Origin: Schmidtea nova
Taxonomy: Eukaryota
Assembly (NCBI GenBank): GCA_044892505.1
Contig: CM097882.1
Coordinates: 556,946,001-557,010,000 of the forward strand
DNA length: 64,000 nt
Direction of reading: 5' to 3'
A program made the translations under genes and the position numbers. The notes below the pieces were generated by a model. It was not told where the DNA came from, did no database searches, and saw only the letters and a list, made by a program, of their open reading frames with translations. Below, piece by piece: positions 50,150 to 63,559 of the stretch (the stretch's first letter is position 1; each line of letters starts with the position of its first letter).

Positions 50150-52080
50150 GTTATGGATCATCGATGAGTCATATGTCTTTGTTCCCGGCTCCAAACTTCT
50201 ACCTACTAGTAAACAATCTCAAAAAAATACGGAAAATCTTGATGGAAGAAAATAAAAACAAAGAGACACATTTAACCAAAACGAGGCTGTTAATTCAAAC
50301 TTATCAACAAGAAATCATTATACAAAGAGAAACAATAATCAAATTTCAAACTCAAATTTCAAACTCAATATTAGCACTTCAAGAAATAACTCGATTGGAA
50401 GAAAAGTAAAATCGAAAGTATCAAGAATCAACATCATAATGCTTCCAGTATGCAAACAATGTGGAAACCGTATAAGCTCACATCTTAAACGACGAGGCGG
50501 TGAAGAGTAAAGTGTAGAAAGAAATAAAGAGGATAAATTGTAAATAGCAAAATTAATTCAATGTATACGTATCAATATGGTATTAATATTCGTAGAAGAA
50601 GTCAAAGAAATTTATATACCAGTAATAAAACAGATATATGTAAACCCAATGTATAATATTTCAAAAAAATAAAAAATAAAAAATCAAGAAATCATCAAGC
50701 TCGTCCACTGTAAAACCAAGAACACGAAAATTAAAATCACGTCATAAAGAAAGTCAGAACAGAAAATGGGGAAATCAAACCAGATAGGAGATTCAGATAA
50801 GAAAACATGAAACTAAACTGTATTAAAGTAGGCATTATAAAGATTTCGAATAAATAAATATACTCATAACGAGATACAAAGCGAAAAGCCATTATGACAA
50901 ATGAAACAAAAGTATTGGAAATGGTAGAACAATCAAGCTTATTTAAAAATGAAGCCAAAATGAAATGAATTAAGAAAGGCAGGACAGTACGAAGTGAAAA
51001 GAACAGTCGTGGTATAGAGGTCGGGATATGACTATATAATATGGTTATAATAATATGGTTATACATTTGATTTACACTATCTACATATGACTATATGTAG
51101 ATAGTGTAAATCAAATGTATAACCATATTATTACATCCAGGGGCATGTATATTATAGATCTTTAAAATATTAAGTAAGACGAAATGAAGTACAGCAAGAG
51201 ACCAGAAAATTAACGAAAACTACAAGAGACAGGCAAACATTACGAAAATATGAGAAAGGAAAATGAAGAGAAGAAAGAACCTACAAGAAGCTTTAGTCAA
51301 GAAATGGGATCAGAATAGACAGAAATTCGTCAAAGAAAAAAACTGAAAATTAAAGCACGAAGGTGAAATTGGTTGTTAACAAATAGAATACAGAGAGAAA
51401 GACTTGATGCAGGGATATAAGTGTAAAATAATGAGAAAATCACTTGTGTAAATAACACGGTAATGGTGAATGAACGGACAGTGAATCAATGTATATGTAT
51501 TAAATAAAATCATGGAGAATCGACTCGTTATCCCAACAATCCTGAATATAAAAATAATGGTAACAACACAAAATCCAACCCAATTAAAATAAGAACCCGA
51601 TGAGCAATCACAAATCAAACGAAGACTTACCGAATCAATCATAAAAACTCAACAGAGAGCAGCCCGGACGAAGACCATCAAACCCAAATCCTACAACTTC
51701 AAAACATTTAAAAACTTCTAAAAGAAAATAAAAAGAGTTATCAAAACTAAGGAAGCCATCATCATAATTAACAACCTCAATATCCTGAAAATCGTCACAT
51801 TAATCACCTGGACAGAATTCCAAGGAAGAACATTAAAAAGAAAACTATCAACAATTCAACAATCCATCCAACCAACCAAGAAAAAAGAAATCCCGAAATC
51901 ATTCAAGTCAATCTACAATTCGTTACACCCGAGAAATGAGAAATCCAGAATCAATACAACCTGACCTCAAGAATCAAGTCAGATGTGAATGAGAAACATT
52001 AAAAGAACCAATCCACCAAATGAAAACAAAACCACATCGAGTCAAAGGATCCCACAAACGAACTGAAAGTAACATTGACA
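50150..52080 (+). pseudogene. Very decayed A-rich retroelement-like region
   Basis: Coiled-coil-like ORF, LPVCKQCG, RLVIPTIL and strong A-rich skew; no intact catalytic motif. Confidence 0.3.
51048..51133. repeat. Perfect palindrome: 41-bp arms, 4-nt loop (GACT)
   Basis: 51048-51088 is the exact reverse complement of 51093-51133. Confidence 0.95.
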
Positions 52081-52829
52081 TTATTACTGTGACAGTTATG
52101 GTTATTTATTTGTATGAATCGGTCACTTTATGTGATTCTTTCTTGTCTTGATGGGCATTTATCTACATTTTATTTTTAGTATTGGTTGTAAGCGTATGAG
52201 TATGCATGCAGTAAGGGTAAAATGTATATTTAATGATATTGCGTGGCACAATTTAAACGGGCCCTGGAGTGTTGTTGGGCTGGTGGAATCAAAAGGTAAT
52301 GTAAGACAAAACAAAACATAAATTGGTTAATCAACCTGAATAATTTAATAATAAATATTTAAAAAATAAAAACTAATATTTAGAACGATAAATAAATAAA
52401 ATAAATTACAAATAATCTTTTATAAATAAATTAAATTTATATGTTTATAAAATTGTGTAGTCATAATTCGTAATAATGTACATTGATTTTATTATTCATT
52501 CACTCAGTTATATACGAGTGAGTGAACTGATAAATTGCCGCGTGGTTTACCGTTGGCGCGCTTTGGTTTCGGTTAACGGGCGGATAGTTTAATGAAAGCT
52601 TGTTAATGCGTGAATAATGTTAAAAATGTTTTAAAAATAGTAACATAAAATAATTTGTAAATTATGTGCATGCAGTCTCGACAGAGTCAATATGCGAGCG
52701 TACACGTAATGTCCGGGCGACTGGTGTTGTGGGTTGGTGAGATGATAGAAAAGCTGCCGCATACACCTACGTTTTGCTAACATTTGTATGGCAACTACGT
52801 GTCGACAGTGGACACACAGCCACTCCAAG

Positions 52830-52876
<47 letters not shown>

Positions 52877-53949
52877 TTGAAACCAAAGATTTGCAGACAA
52901 GTGATTCCACCAGCCAGCTTTAATCCTTTTGTGAATTACTAAGGTATGTTTTATTGTTAATTTGTATAATTTGGAAGTTTCTATAAACTTTAATGGTGTT
53001 TAAATATTTTGAATTGTAATTTTGTGTTCATTTGTTTTGTTTTATTAATTTATGGGTAAACCCTCATAATATCCGGGGTAAAATATATAAGGTGCGCCTC
53101 GGTAGTTGTTGAATTTGATGTGAAAAGTCTCTCGGTCGTGACTCTTTAATTTGGTTGCGCCGATGCGGTGTCTTTGAACCAAATTCGGGCGGGAGAAAAG
53201 AGGATTATACATAGACATTTGGTGAAACATTTTATAAATTGATATATAATTTTTTGAGGATGAATAAAGATAAATATTTAATAGCAGGGGGTTATAGATA
53301 ATTAAGATGTAATCATGTGATAGGACCAAAATGTAAGCAAATGCGTAAGTCCTTTATCGGCAGTAGGAACCCGAAAGAAAGAATATAGTGCGGAGTAGTT
53401 TTGGAAACAAAGCTCATCTACTCACTAGATTCTTGCTACCGTGCACAGTACCAACATAGTTAGTTAGGGAATAACTATGGGTGTGGTAGATTAATTTTTA
53501 TGTTGCGGTATGGGTTGCATTAATCCCTAGAAATTGTTAATATTTTTTTATAACAACACCCATACTTCTCAGCACCAGTATGGTCGAAGATAAAAATTTC
53601 TGATTTTTGATGATAAATCAGAAGCGACAAAACAAAAACTTAAAAGAGAACGAAGGGTTAGAGTGCAGATTTAACCAATTTTCTTGCGTATTAGAATGAG
53701 AAATTTCAAATTGAGTTACCTACTTTAACGCTAGAAGAGCGCAGAGAACATTTTGTAACTTTGTGTAATCGAAATTGTGTTCGATCAATTTGAAAATAAA
53801 GATTGTTGTGTTGGGTTTAGTTCATTATTGTAAAATACATACTTGTTTAAACTAGTTGTGACAAAATCAATTACTTGGTGACATTTGGATAAACCATTGG
53901 TCAGCCAAGTAACAGAGGTTTCTGTTTGGTTTGATATGACATTTTAAGA

Positions 53950-54610
53950 TACAGTCATAATCATTCTGTTTTTTCTCTATACGTGTGGAAGCATCTGAGG
54001 TTCTTGTATGTGAGGCAGAAACCTTTGATGACCTTCTCTATCATTTTAGTTTTGGTAGTGTTTTATTCTGCATATTTGAATCCTAACTTTCTCAGTAGGT
54101 CACAGTTACTTTTATCCGATGTTCCCAGTGAGTATACTACAAATGTATCCACTGTGTTTGGAATATTATTTGTCTCTTTTATTTCCTTCATTAGTTTTCT
54201 GTATTAGTCGTGGTTCTTGGTTCTTTCTCCTTTGACTGCCTCACTTTCATCAAATGGGCATTTTATGTCTATGATTGTTATCTTATCTTGCTGTCTTACT
54301 ATGATCTCTAGTTCAAGTATTTTGCAAGAATCTTTCGGTTTAGACTCTATCTCGGAGCTTATAACTTTGGACCTTAGTTGATTTTAGAGGGCTTTTTGTA
54401 ATTGGTTGCGATTGTTTATTTTGAGTCTTTGTCCATATAAACAATGGTTGAGCACATCTGGTGATGATTCGGTCGGGCATTTGCATCTCTTACATATGGT
54501 AAATCATGGCCGTCCGCCTTGGTATGATTGCTTCGATTCAGCTTCTTGGTTCTTGCTTTAATTATGAATTTCCATTCTTGAACTTGTCATACCTTAGACA
54601 TTTTCTATTC
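53950..54610 (-). pseudogene. C-terminus of a NeSL/R2-like non-LTR retrotransposon (zinc knuckle plus restriction-like endonuclease)
   Basis: EWKFIIKART; CKRCKCPTESSPDVLNHC; ITIIDIKCPFD...NHD*YRKL...DTFVVYSLGT...NCDLLRKLG, with a few stops. Confidence 0.85.
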
Positions 54611-55207
54611 CATTATTTTGTCACTGTGATAGGTTTACTATGTAACCCTTGCAAATTTTCGTTTTACATTACCAAAAGACTGAGAAGAAAAGGTAGAGAT
54701 ATTAAAACAAATTATTAAAGGCAATAAGAGTGGAGTTGATTTAGTTCATATAATGGAAATATGAATAAAGTTCCAATCAGTTTTGATATGCCTTGGAATT
54801 ACGTTGTAGAACAGAAAATTATTGAAGATATAACAATAGAAACTGCCTGATCTGAAAATCGCAATTTTACGGTTGTTCTTTGAGTGATACAAGATGGATG
54901 AAAACTACCACCGACGGTACTTATCCTATTGTAAGTGTAATATCTCTTATTTGCACGTTTGATCTTTGCGTTTTTTTCTCCAAACTTTTCATTTCTTTTA
55001 AAGACTAGATCAAAACTTTTGTTACGTTTTTTAAAAGTGGTTAAGTGAACTATGGCTTAGTAGATATTTTTCCTAAAAAATAAATTCATATCTATTTAAA
55101 AAATAAAATCCAATAATATTCATTTTTGTGTCTATGGAAAGTTACAAACAATATGAATTCTACAGTCAATCTACAATAAAAGCAAACACTTGAAATGACC
55201 ACGACTC

Positions 55208-55426
55208 TTAAGCATGTTCGATGAATTCATTATTTTTTTTACTGTTGACTGGATTTACAGACCGTTGAACTTGATACTGAAATCTGTATGTTTGAGAATC
55301 TTTTGCATTCTTATGTGGTTTTGGAACTGCTCTGTACTCAGCCTTAAAGCCTTTTGCACTAACAGTGTCATCTGATACAAAATGTATTAACAAATTCCCA
55401 CTCTGTGACGTGATCAGGGTTGGCAT
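55208..55426 (-). CDS. Terminal coding exon ending a CUB domain; probable tolloid/BMP1-like protease
   Basis: TTTCCCATTTAG acceptor. LITSQSGNLLIHFVSDDTVSAKGFKAEY resembles the last CUB of BMP1/tolloid (VKFHSDDTITKKGFHLRY), followed by a short tail and stop. Upstream exons were not found. Confidence 0.75.
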   Translation of the reverse strand: MPTLITSQSGNLLIHFVSDDTVSAKGFKAEYRAVPKPHKNAKDSQTYRFQYQVQRSVNPVNSKKNNEFIEHA

Positions 55427-55447
55427 CTAAATGGGAAATGAAAGCTA

Positions 55448-55527
<80 letters not shown>

Positions 55528-56531
55528 GAATTTTGCATAAAAAGATAATTAAAATACAATTTTTAGAATAAATTGTTTTTTCAATGGTAGCGAATGAATC
55601 TTGTTGCAGGACCCTTTCCAGTGATTATTTAACAGACTAATATTGTATTTGATGATAATTTACTATAAAGACGAGTTTGGCGTCACCTTCTATGCATTCT
55701 TAAAAGATTCTGCAAAGCCAACGTCAAAGAAAGTGGTGTCTGTCACTCTATTAATTTGACTTTTTTGGAGTTATAAATTTGATTATTTTTTTAAATTAAT
55801 TTCTAAATTTAATTAATTGTGTAAATAAAATTTCCTTCACTAATGTTGTTAACTTTAATTAACAATATTAGATAAATCAAGTCCATTCGACATACTAATT
55901 CCTCTTTACATAATCATTTTATCATAATTATCTTTTTTCACCTTTGATGTTTTTTTATTATTATCAATAATTCTCATAATGACTATAGATCAAAATTATT
56001 TTTATAAACAATACCACAATATTTCGGCACAGTCTTTAAACACACTTGATAAAGGCTGTGCCAAATATTGTGTTATTGTTTATAAAAATAATTTTGATCT
56101 ATAGTCATCATTATGGGAATTATTGATAATAATAATCATTTTACATAAAAATATTTTTACTATAAAAATATGCTCGGCAGATACACAATTAAAACGTTAA
56201 TATAAATCCTCAAGGACATTTAAAATTTTTCTTTAACTATTTCACTCTGCCTCCAAGTTTATCATCGATTTAAATTTTTTTGGTAAGCCGTCTTCATTTA
56301 ATAAAATTATTTTCTGGTGTTTTATCTAGTAGGACATAGAAAGACAGGAAAACGATCGACTCCGACTCCCGACTCCTTTCAGTTTCAATAAGGCATCGCA
56401 CGATTCCAAAAATTGATCACTGAAAATTTTTTTGACTTTTGAAATTTGGTTATCACTATAAGATACTTTTTTTAGATCGTTGTTTTACGTTACACCTATA
56501 AAAGAAGCTTCAGGAAATTCAAATACGCCTA

Positions 56532-57511
56532 TCCCCTGATTTACACAGTACTTTCTTTGCACGTTTTCGCTTTTACACAGTTTCGAAAATTATATATTTT
56601 TTATTTCATTCTTATCCGACATATTTAATAATAATATGCATATGTAAAATAAAAAAATCAACACCGAATGCATGCTGGAAAACAATATGGCCAGAAGTTG
56701 TTGGAACAGGCAATATTGTTTCACCAGTAGAGACTGAATATACACAAATTATTGAATCAGCAAATACCTTGAGAGGGGAAGGATTCAAAGATTTAGCAGA
56801 ATTAGTGGTAGATCATGGTTTGGATGAAGATGATCTAGTAAACATGGGGGACTTACCCAATGATCCTGATCCTAATAACACCAGTGATAATGAGGAAGAA
56901 CGGTTAGAATTAACTCCAACGATTGTTCATGAAGGTCTTGAATTAGGTAAAAAATTTGAAAAATATTTTTTAAATCATGATCCAGTTGTTGAGCGAGCTA
57001 ATCAATTTCAAAGAGAACTCAATCAATATTTGGCGAAATATCAAGAAATCTATAAAGATTTGCCCAAAAATAGCACTCAACTGTTAATTACAGATCTTGT
57101 GAAAAAGATCACACAGGAAGAAGTTCCTACACAGTCTATAAATGATTCAGAAATATCCATTTCAAGCGACGAAAGTGAAATTTTTCCATTTCGAAAGAGA
57201 AGGCAGAACATTGAGGATTCTGATGATTAAAATTTAGTAACACTTTACTTTGTTTTATAAAATGAATTAAACCTTTTTATTTTATGTTTAAATTAATATA
57301 AATTTCTTTCTGTTTTGTTATAAACATTTTTTCATTTAACCAGTTTTTTACCCAATGTTTCAGTTTCCATTGATTTATAGGTCCGATTTGCGAGTTTACT
57401 TCTTTGTTGGAACCAATCCCTTACAAATATACTATATGTCTTTGTCCCCATTTACACGGTTTCGATTTACACGGAATTCTCGGGAACCAATCTACCTTGT
57501 AAATCGGGGAA
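56532..57511 (+). mobile_element. pogo/Tigger-like deletion derivative carrying the transposase C-terminus (ORF 56769-57230)
   Basis: Imperfect TIR TCCCCTGATTTACA / TTCCCCGATTTACA flanked by TA; NACWKTIWPEVV and an acidic TIGD1-like tail. Confidence 0.75.
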
Positions 57512-57914
57512 TATATATATATATATATATGATAAATATGAATGAAGTTACAAATTTCGAACTCCAGCTGAAGAATATTTAATCACGGGAAAATAGTCAC
57601 ACTTTGAAATAAGGCTGTCACTAATAAATGTTGTTTGGAGAACGTTGTATTGCATTGTATCGATCGAAAAAGCTACCAGCAATTTCAAAGTGTTAATCTT
57701 ATTGTTATGCGATAAATATTACCGAAGATATGGATTTTAGAATATTTTCTTTTAACATTACAATAGGCATAAAAAAATGTTTAGGAATCATGGAAATATT
57801 ACTGATTCCGATTCCTGAAAAATATCTGATTCCCGTTTCCGATTAAAGAAATATCGATAAATATAAAAATTTTGTTTTAAAGAAGAAAAAAGCAGATTTG
57901 ATTTGAAATTTTAA

Positions 57915-58065
57915 AAACGCAGAAAATTTACAATGCAGAAGAATTGAAATTTACAACGCAGAAGAATTAAAATTTACAACGCAGAAGAATTGAAATTTAA
58001 AACGCAGAAGAATTGAAATTTACAACGCAGAGAATTGAAATTTATAACGCAGAAAATTTCAACAA
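57915..58065 (+). repeat. 23-bp minisatellite (AACGCAGAAGAATTGAAATTTAC), roughly 6 copies
   Basis: Head-to-tail units with no spacers. Confidence 0.9.
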
Positions 58066-58579
58066 GCAGAATTCTAACCAATAAATAAATGTTTATTTTT
58101 GAATTTTTCTTATTAACTTTTGTTTTAAGGGTATCAGCAATGAAAGTTGCAACCCCGATAAAGTTAATTAATTTAAAACGGAATTAATAACTTTCTTATT
58201 AATTAAGAGAGAGCAATGAAATATATAGCTTAAACTTTCTTTTTTTGTTGTTATTATTTATTTCGTTGTATTTTATACTTTAAATTATTAATTATTTCGC
58301 TGTATTAAAGTTTAACCAACTGTTTCATTTTATAATTAAATAAATTAAACAGATAAATAAAGATTGAATAAATCTTCTCTCTAGACAAATTATTTCTTAT
58401 CTCTTTTGGGTTCTTGTATAGTAAAACTATCCCTCACTATGTATCCATGCATTTTTCGTTTTTTAGATCGCTAATAAGGGCCTGGTGTGCATTTTATTCG
58501 ATTAGCATTCATATTTTTCGTAACTTTAACATGTGTGCGTGAAATATGGAGAAGTTTAATAAATATTTTTCCGAAGTGT

Positions 58580-58692
58580 AAAAGGAGTCGAAGAGTCGAT
58601 TAATTTTTATCGACTCTGACTCTGACATCGACTCCTCGAAAAACCTTCAACTCCTCGACTCCTCGACTCCGACTCCCATTCCCCATCCCTGG
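58580..58692. mobile_element. One end of a hAT-like MITE with GACTCC/GGAGTC subterminal repeats; related motif at 56350-56385
   Basis: Repeated CGACTCC ending in CCCTG; the partner end was not identified. Confidence 0.45.
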
Positions 58693-59044
58693 AAAGATGT
58701 AGTGTATTATTTTTTATAAATTATTTGAATTAAAATTATTTTCTTTAAACTTTACCTATTTAACATTTGTTTACAGTTTACTGTTCTTCCTTTCTATAAA
58801 TAAATTGATATTTTCTATTACTTTGAATAAATTATTTTCAATGATACATTATTGAATTTTGTTTATTTCCGTTTTTTCAGAAAACAAATGAAAATGTTTT
58901 CAATTTAACACAAGATTTAGGTACTGTCTTGAACGTTTTATATGTATTTATAACACTTGAAAAAGGTAGTGTATAAAATTAATATTAAATTGAAAACATT
59001 ATGACTTTTGGTTTGAAAGTGTGAAAACAAACGAAGGATTAAAG

Positions 59045-59692
59045 CAGGGATATTCAACTGGCGGCCCGCGGGCCAGATCCGGCCCGCCGAAATTTGAAAA
59101 TAGCCCTTTCAATATCTTCGAATATTACACATATAAAAATATTTGGATGATATATGCATAAAAACGATCAAGTATTTTATGTATGGCATATAGAAAAGGC
59201 TGTCTATTTAAATTCAAACCTGATCAAAATGGGGTTTTTTTTGCTTTAACGGTAGGAAGAAATTGGGAATTCGTGTAAATTGCGATAGTTTTGAAATAAA
59301 AAAACTTGCAAAAAACAGTAAAATATTAGAAAAAGGTGTCTTGTAAGTTTGAATAGGAAACGGGGTTTATTTAATATTTAATAAATTAAATATGTGTATA
59401 AGCGGCTGCGATCATTCAAATTCCTTGGAAAATGCGTTAAAATTTAAAAAAATAAATGAAATAATGGTAATAAAGTTATTAATTTAAAATGCGTCTGGAA
59501 AATTACATAATAATATAAAAATATATGGTAAACATTATAATACTTGGTAATAGAATAACAATCACTAAAACACGTTTATATTTTGTTAAATTGTAATCCG
59601 CTACAAAACTAACAACTTTTTAATTGATACGGCCCTCGATTGCCGTTATAAGATAAATTTGGCCCTTCATAATATTTAGTTGAATACCCATG
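59045..59692. mobile_element. hAT (Charlie-like) non-autonomous element
   Basis: TIR CAGGGATATTCAACT / AGTTGAATACCCATG, GGCCCGCGGGCC subterminal motif, and 7/8 TSD GATTAAAG/GGTTAAAG. Confidence 0.88.
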
Positions 59693-60607
59693 GGTTAAAG
59701 GTTAAGAAAATCAAAGTATTTTAATTGTTTCACTATTTTCTCAGTTACTTTTAAATCCAATAAACTTTTTTGTAGATTTAATTTATTCAAATTTATTATT
59801 ATCGAAGTTCAATCACTTTTCCAAATAATTAATCTTAATTTTTAAGAAAAATTAGCACCAACCTTAAATTTAATAGTATTTTTTAAAACTTAACTCTTCA
59901 TCTCTCACAGTTTTGCTCTGAAAAGTATTTGAATTTTATGTCAAATTGTTATATATAAAATGTGCAACGTAACCCGTCATAAAGTTTTATTTTTTTCTTT
60001 CATTAGACTTTTATTCCGAATTCCAGAAAAAACTTACAAATCACAAAATTTTGCAATTATATGAATGCAACAATACAAATATGCCGTTTTCATTATTTCC
60101 AGAAATTACTAAAAATTACTACTAATTATGATTAAAATATAATTAAAAATTAAAAAAATTATATACAAATTTTAAAATTAATTTTTTTAATTAAAATTAA
60201 TAAAAAAAATACAAATTTTAAAAATATACAGTGCTACACACAAAACAACATATTACGGAAATTATACACCGGTTTTCCAAAATCAAAGTTTATCAAATTA
60301 TGTGCCTAAATTTCATTTACATATTTTCCATATTAATTAGTTTCTATTTTTAGATAATTCTTAGTTTTGTACAATAAATTATTGTCGATATTCATCTTTC
60401 TTCTATACAGCCCGATAATTATTGTCAGAAATCTGGGCAATAACGAATCACCGGAACTTCTTAAGTGTTCAGAAATCGATTTAATTTATGTGCTTAATTT
60501 AATTATTGTTTATTTTAATTTCAATTGTTTTAATAGACAGTTGATGTTATAAAATAAATTTTCAAAAACTCGTTAATTATTTTTACTACAAGCTATCGCG
60601 GCCATCG

Positions 60608-61215
60608 ATGGAAATTTTGAAATATTTGAAAAAATTCGATGGAACCGGCAATGTTGCAAGCTGGTTTGCTCAACTCAAATCAATTGTAAAGATGTTGAAG
60701 ATAGAAACTATAGAAGTTTTTATGCCTATTATTTTGAAAAGCGATGCATATGCCGTCTACGAACATTTATCAGAAAAGGACAACGCTAGTTTTGAAGCAA
60801 TCGAGGATGCATTGGAAAAAGCTTTTTCTCCAAGTATGTTTTTATCATAAGAAAAAATGAGAAATTTAGATGGACTGGAGGATCAGTGGATGTTTTTTTG
60901 GCCGATCTAAGATTTCATGCAAAGCTTGCAAGAGTGAATGAGAACTCCGTTAGGAACGCTTTTGTCGTAGGACTACCTAAAGACGTGTCGAGATTGTAGC
61001 AGGGTTCTCCAAAGATTGATACTATGCCAATGGAGGATATTGTTCAGATAACACGGGCAATGATGAATACGAGAGTTCAAGACATTGAATGTGTCAACGT
61101 TGTATATAACAAAGTAAAACGCTGTACTCATTGCGACAAGATTGGCCACGTAGCTGAACGTTGTTTTAAGAAGTTTGGTACAAGGTGTTGGTCTTGTAAC
61201 GGCACCGATCATATA
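60608..61215 (+). pseudogene. gag: Gypsy gag remnant
   Basis: KKFDGTGNVASW...ALEKAFS; CTHCDKIGHVAERC knuckle; stops and frameshifts. Confidence 0.8.
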
Positions 61216-62899
61216 TCTCACGAACAGAAACAAAGTACAGAACCTTCGACAGAGAGTTACTAGCCATGGTGCTTTCCATTAAACATTTCAGGCACTTTAT
61301 TGAAGGCAGACACTTCACCGTTTTCACCGACCACAAACCACTTCTACACTGTCTTACCATACAGAATCAGTCAAATAGAGTATTCCGTCAACTAGCATTT
61401 TTATTTTCTTTCGACTTCGAGATCAAGCACATCGCAGGACGAGATACCTTCATCGCAAACTGTTTTTCCGCAACAGTCGTAAATTCAATATCTTTCTCTT
61501 CCTTCTTTTCACTGGATACTCTTTTTTCTAAATCGCCATCCAAGACTGACATCTCTAAATTCAAAGAATCCCACAAATTTATCGACGGCATGCATTATGA
61601 CACATCTTTAACAATTCACTACGGCCCATATTACAAGAATCCCTCCGCAAAGACGCATTTCTTGCAATCCATAACCTTTACCATCCTGGCATCAAATATA
61701 CATTCGCACTGCTCCGTCAGAAAGTCAACTAGTACACCCTGTTCAACGACGTTAAACGGTTGGTGAATGAGTGCAAAGGCTGTTCAACAGCAAAAAGTGA
61801 ATAAACACACCAAACCACCGTTCACTGCATTCCCGACTGGTTCACGCTTTGACATCAGACATATCGACCTAGTAGGACCACTGCCACCAGACGTAGGTTT
61901 ATCCTATATCTTCACAATGATAGATCGAAAGACATGTTGGCTCAAAGCAATCACCATTCCTAATATTACAACCCAAACAGTCACAGATTTTTTCGCCTCT
62001 AGTTGGTTCTCTCGTTACAACATACAGTCGGCCATCATCACAGTCCAAGGACACGAATTCGAAGCAGAGCTGTTCAATTATATGACAAATTCCCTCGACA
62101 TCAAACACTTACGCACTTCCTCATACCATTCCCAGACCAACGGCGTCGTGGAATGCGCTCATTGCACTATCAAAACATCACTTCGTATTCTCTCTATTTC
62201 ATCAATATGGACCAAATCTTTACCTTTCGTACTACTAGGATGGCACAATACTCCTAATCGTTCTAGTGGAGTTATTCCCTCGCAATTACTATTCGGCATG
62301 AATACACGTATGCCATCCGAACTACTAGAGACCGATTCAGACTACTCCCTACAACAGGTAAACCATGCCAGCAACCACTTCTTATTCTCAGACTCCAACC
62401 TGTCCTCAACATACTCAACACTGTACAAACCCTAAATCCCAAAATCACTCCTCTTAACTTCGCACGCCTGGTTAAAATGTTACGATACTTCAAATCCCGC
62501 TACAAAGGACCTTTCTCGGTGATAAATTCTTAAAAATACACTGCACAATAAGATATCGACGGTGCAGCACACATTATAAGCTTGAACCACCTCAAACCTG
62601 CTCTTGTTCTAAATGGTCAACACGACCTACCCAACTTCATCTCCCAGTCGACGTAGATTTGATAGAAGACTCTTCCTGTATTCCACCCCTGTACTGACCC
62701 TCTCGCCTCTATTCCACTCACCAACCCTTTATCCGGCCTATATACAACCACCTGCATCCGCCGCCCCGCATAATACCTCGTAGATTACCTGCTAGACACT
62801 ACCGTCGTTAGTTAATACTCTTAGTTCTTTCAGTCCCCATTCGCTCCGCGTATTTCGGCGATGGCTAGTGTAGTGCCTCTGCTTTAAAATATATTGCAT

Positions 62900-62937
<38 letters not shown>

Positions 62938-62990
62938 TTAAATTAAAATATGTTTATTTATAAAAATCACGCTGTTTAAATAATACACTT
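61216..62990 (+). mobile_element. pol: CsRn1/Kabuki-like gypsy RNase H-integrase remnant, with 3' LTR starting TGTAGT at 62869
   Basis: TETKYRTFDRELLA, RHFIEGRHFTVFTDHKPL, HIDLVGPLP, QTNGVVE and FKSRYKGPF; degenerate PPT at 62857-62868. Confidence 0.8.
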
Positions 62991-63559
62991 TATTGCGGTC
63001 ATCAAGCTTGTTTCTAAGAATAATATTTTACTCATTTTTCAACAGTCTCAATTTAAAATCCATGACAGAAAAGAAGAGAAAGAAAAAATGCAGCTCGAAA
63101 CTCAATTCATTTGTTTGTACAATAAATTATTGTCGATATTCATCTTTCTTCTATACAGCACGACAACTTTTTTTTGATGTTTTAAAATAAATAATAAAAC
63201 TTCAAGTAATTTTTAGAAAAAAGACAAATTGGTTATAATAATATAAATTCAATCTAATGTACAACATTTTAAAATTTTTATGATTAGATATAAACTTTGT
63301 TTTCAATGAAATAAATGTGGTAAATGCGTAAGATAACTTAATTTCTACTGTATCGAACAACTTATCCGAAAAGCAAAAATTATTTGAGCAATTTGGCTTA
63401 TAGATGAATAAATAATTGGTATAATCCTATTATAAGATGTTTTAAAATATTAATATTAAAACGGAATACTATTAAGCAAAACTAATACATGTTTCCATAA
63501 ATACTGAAAATAATTAACATAAATTTTTTTTTCAATTCTTCACTTTATTCATAAACATT

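Noticed and set aside
57915-58065. Regular 23-bp repeats as a possible CRISPR array
   Set aside because: The units are head-to-tail with no unique spacers, there are no cas genes, and the context is eukaryotic.
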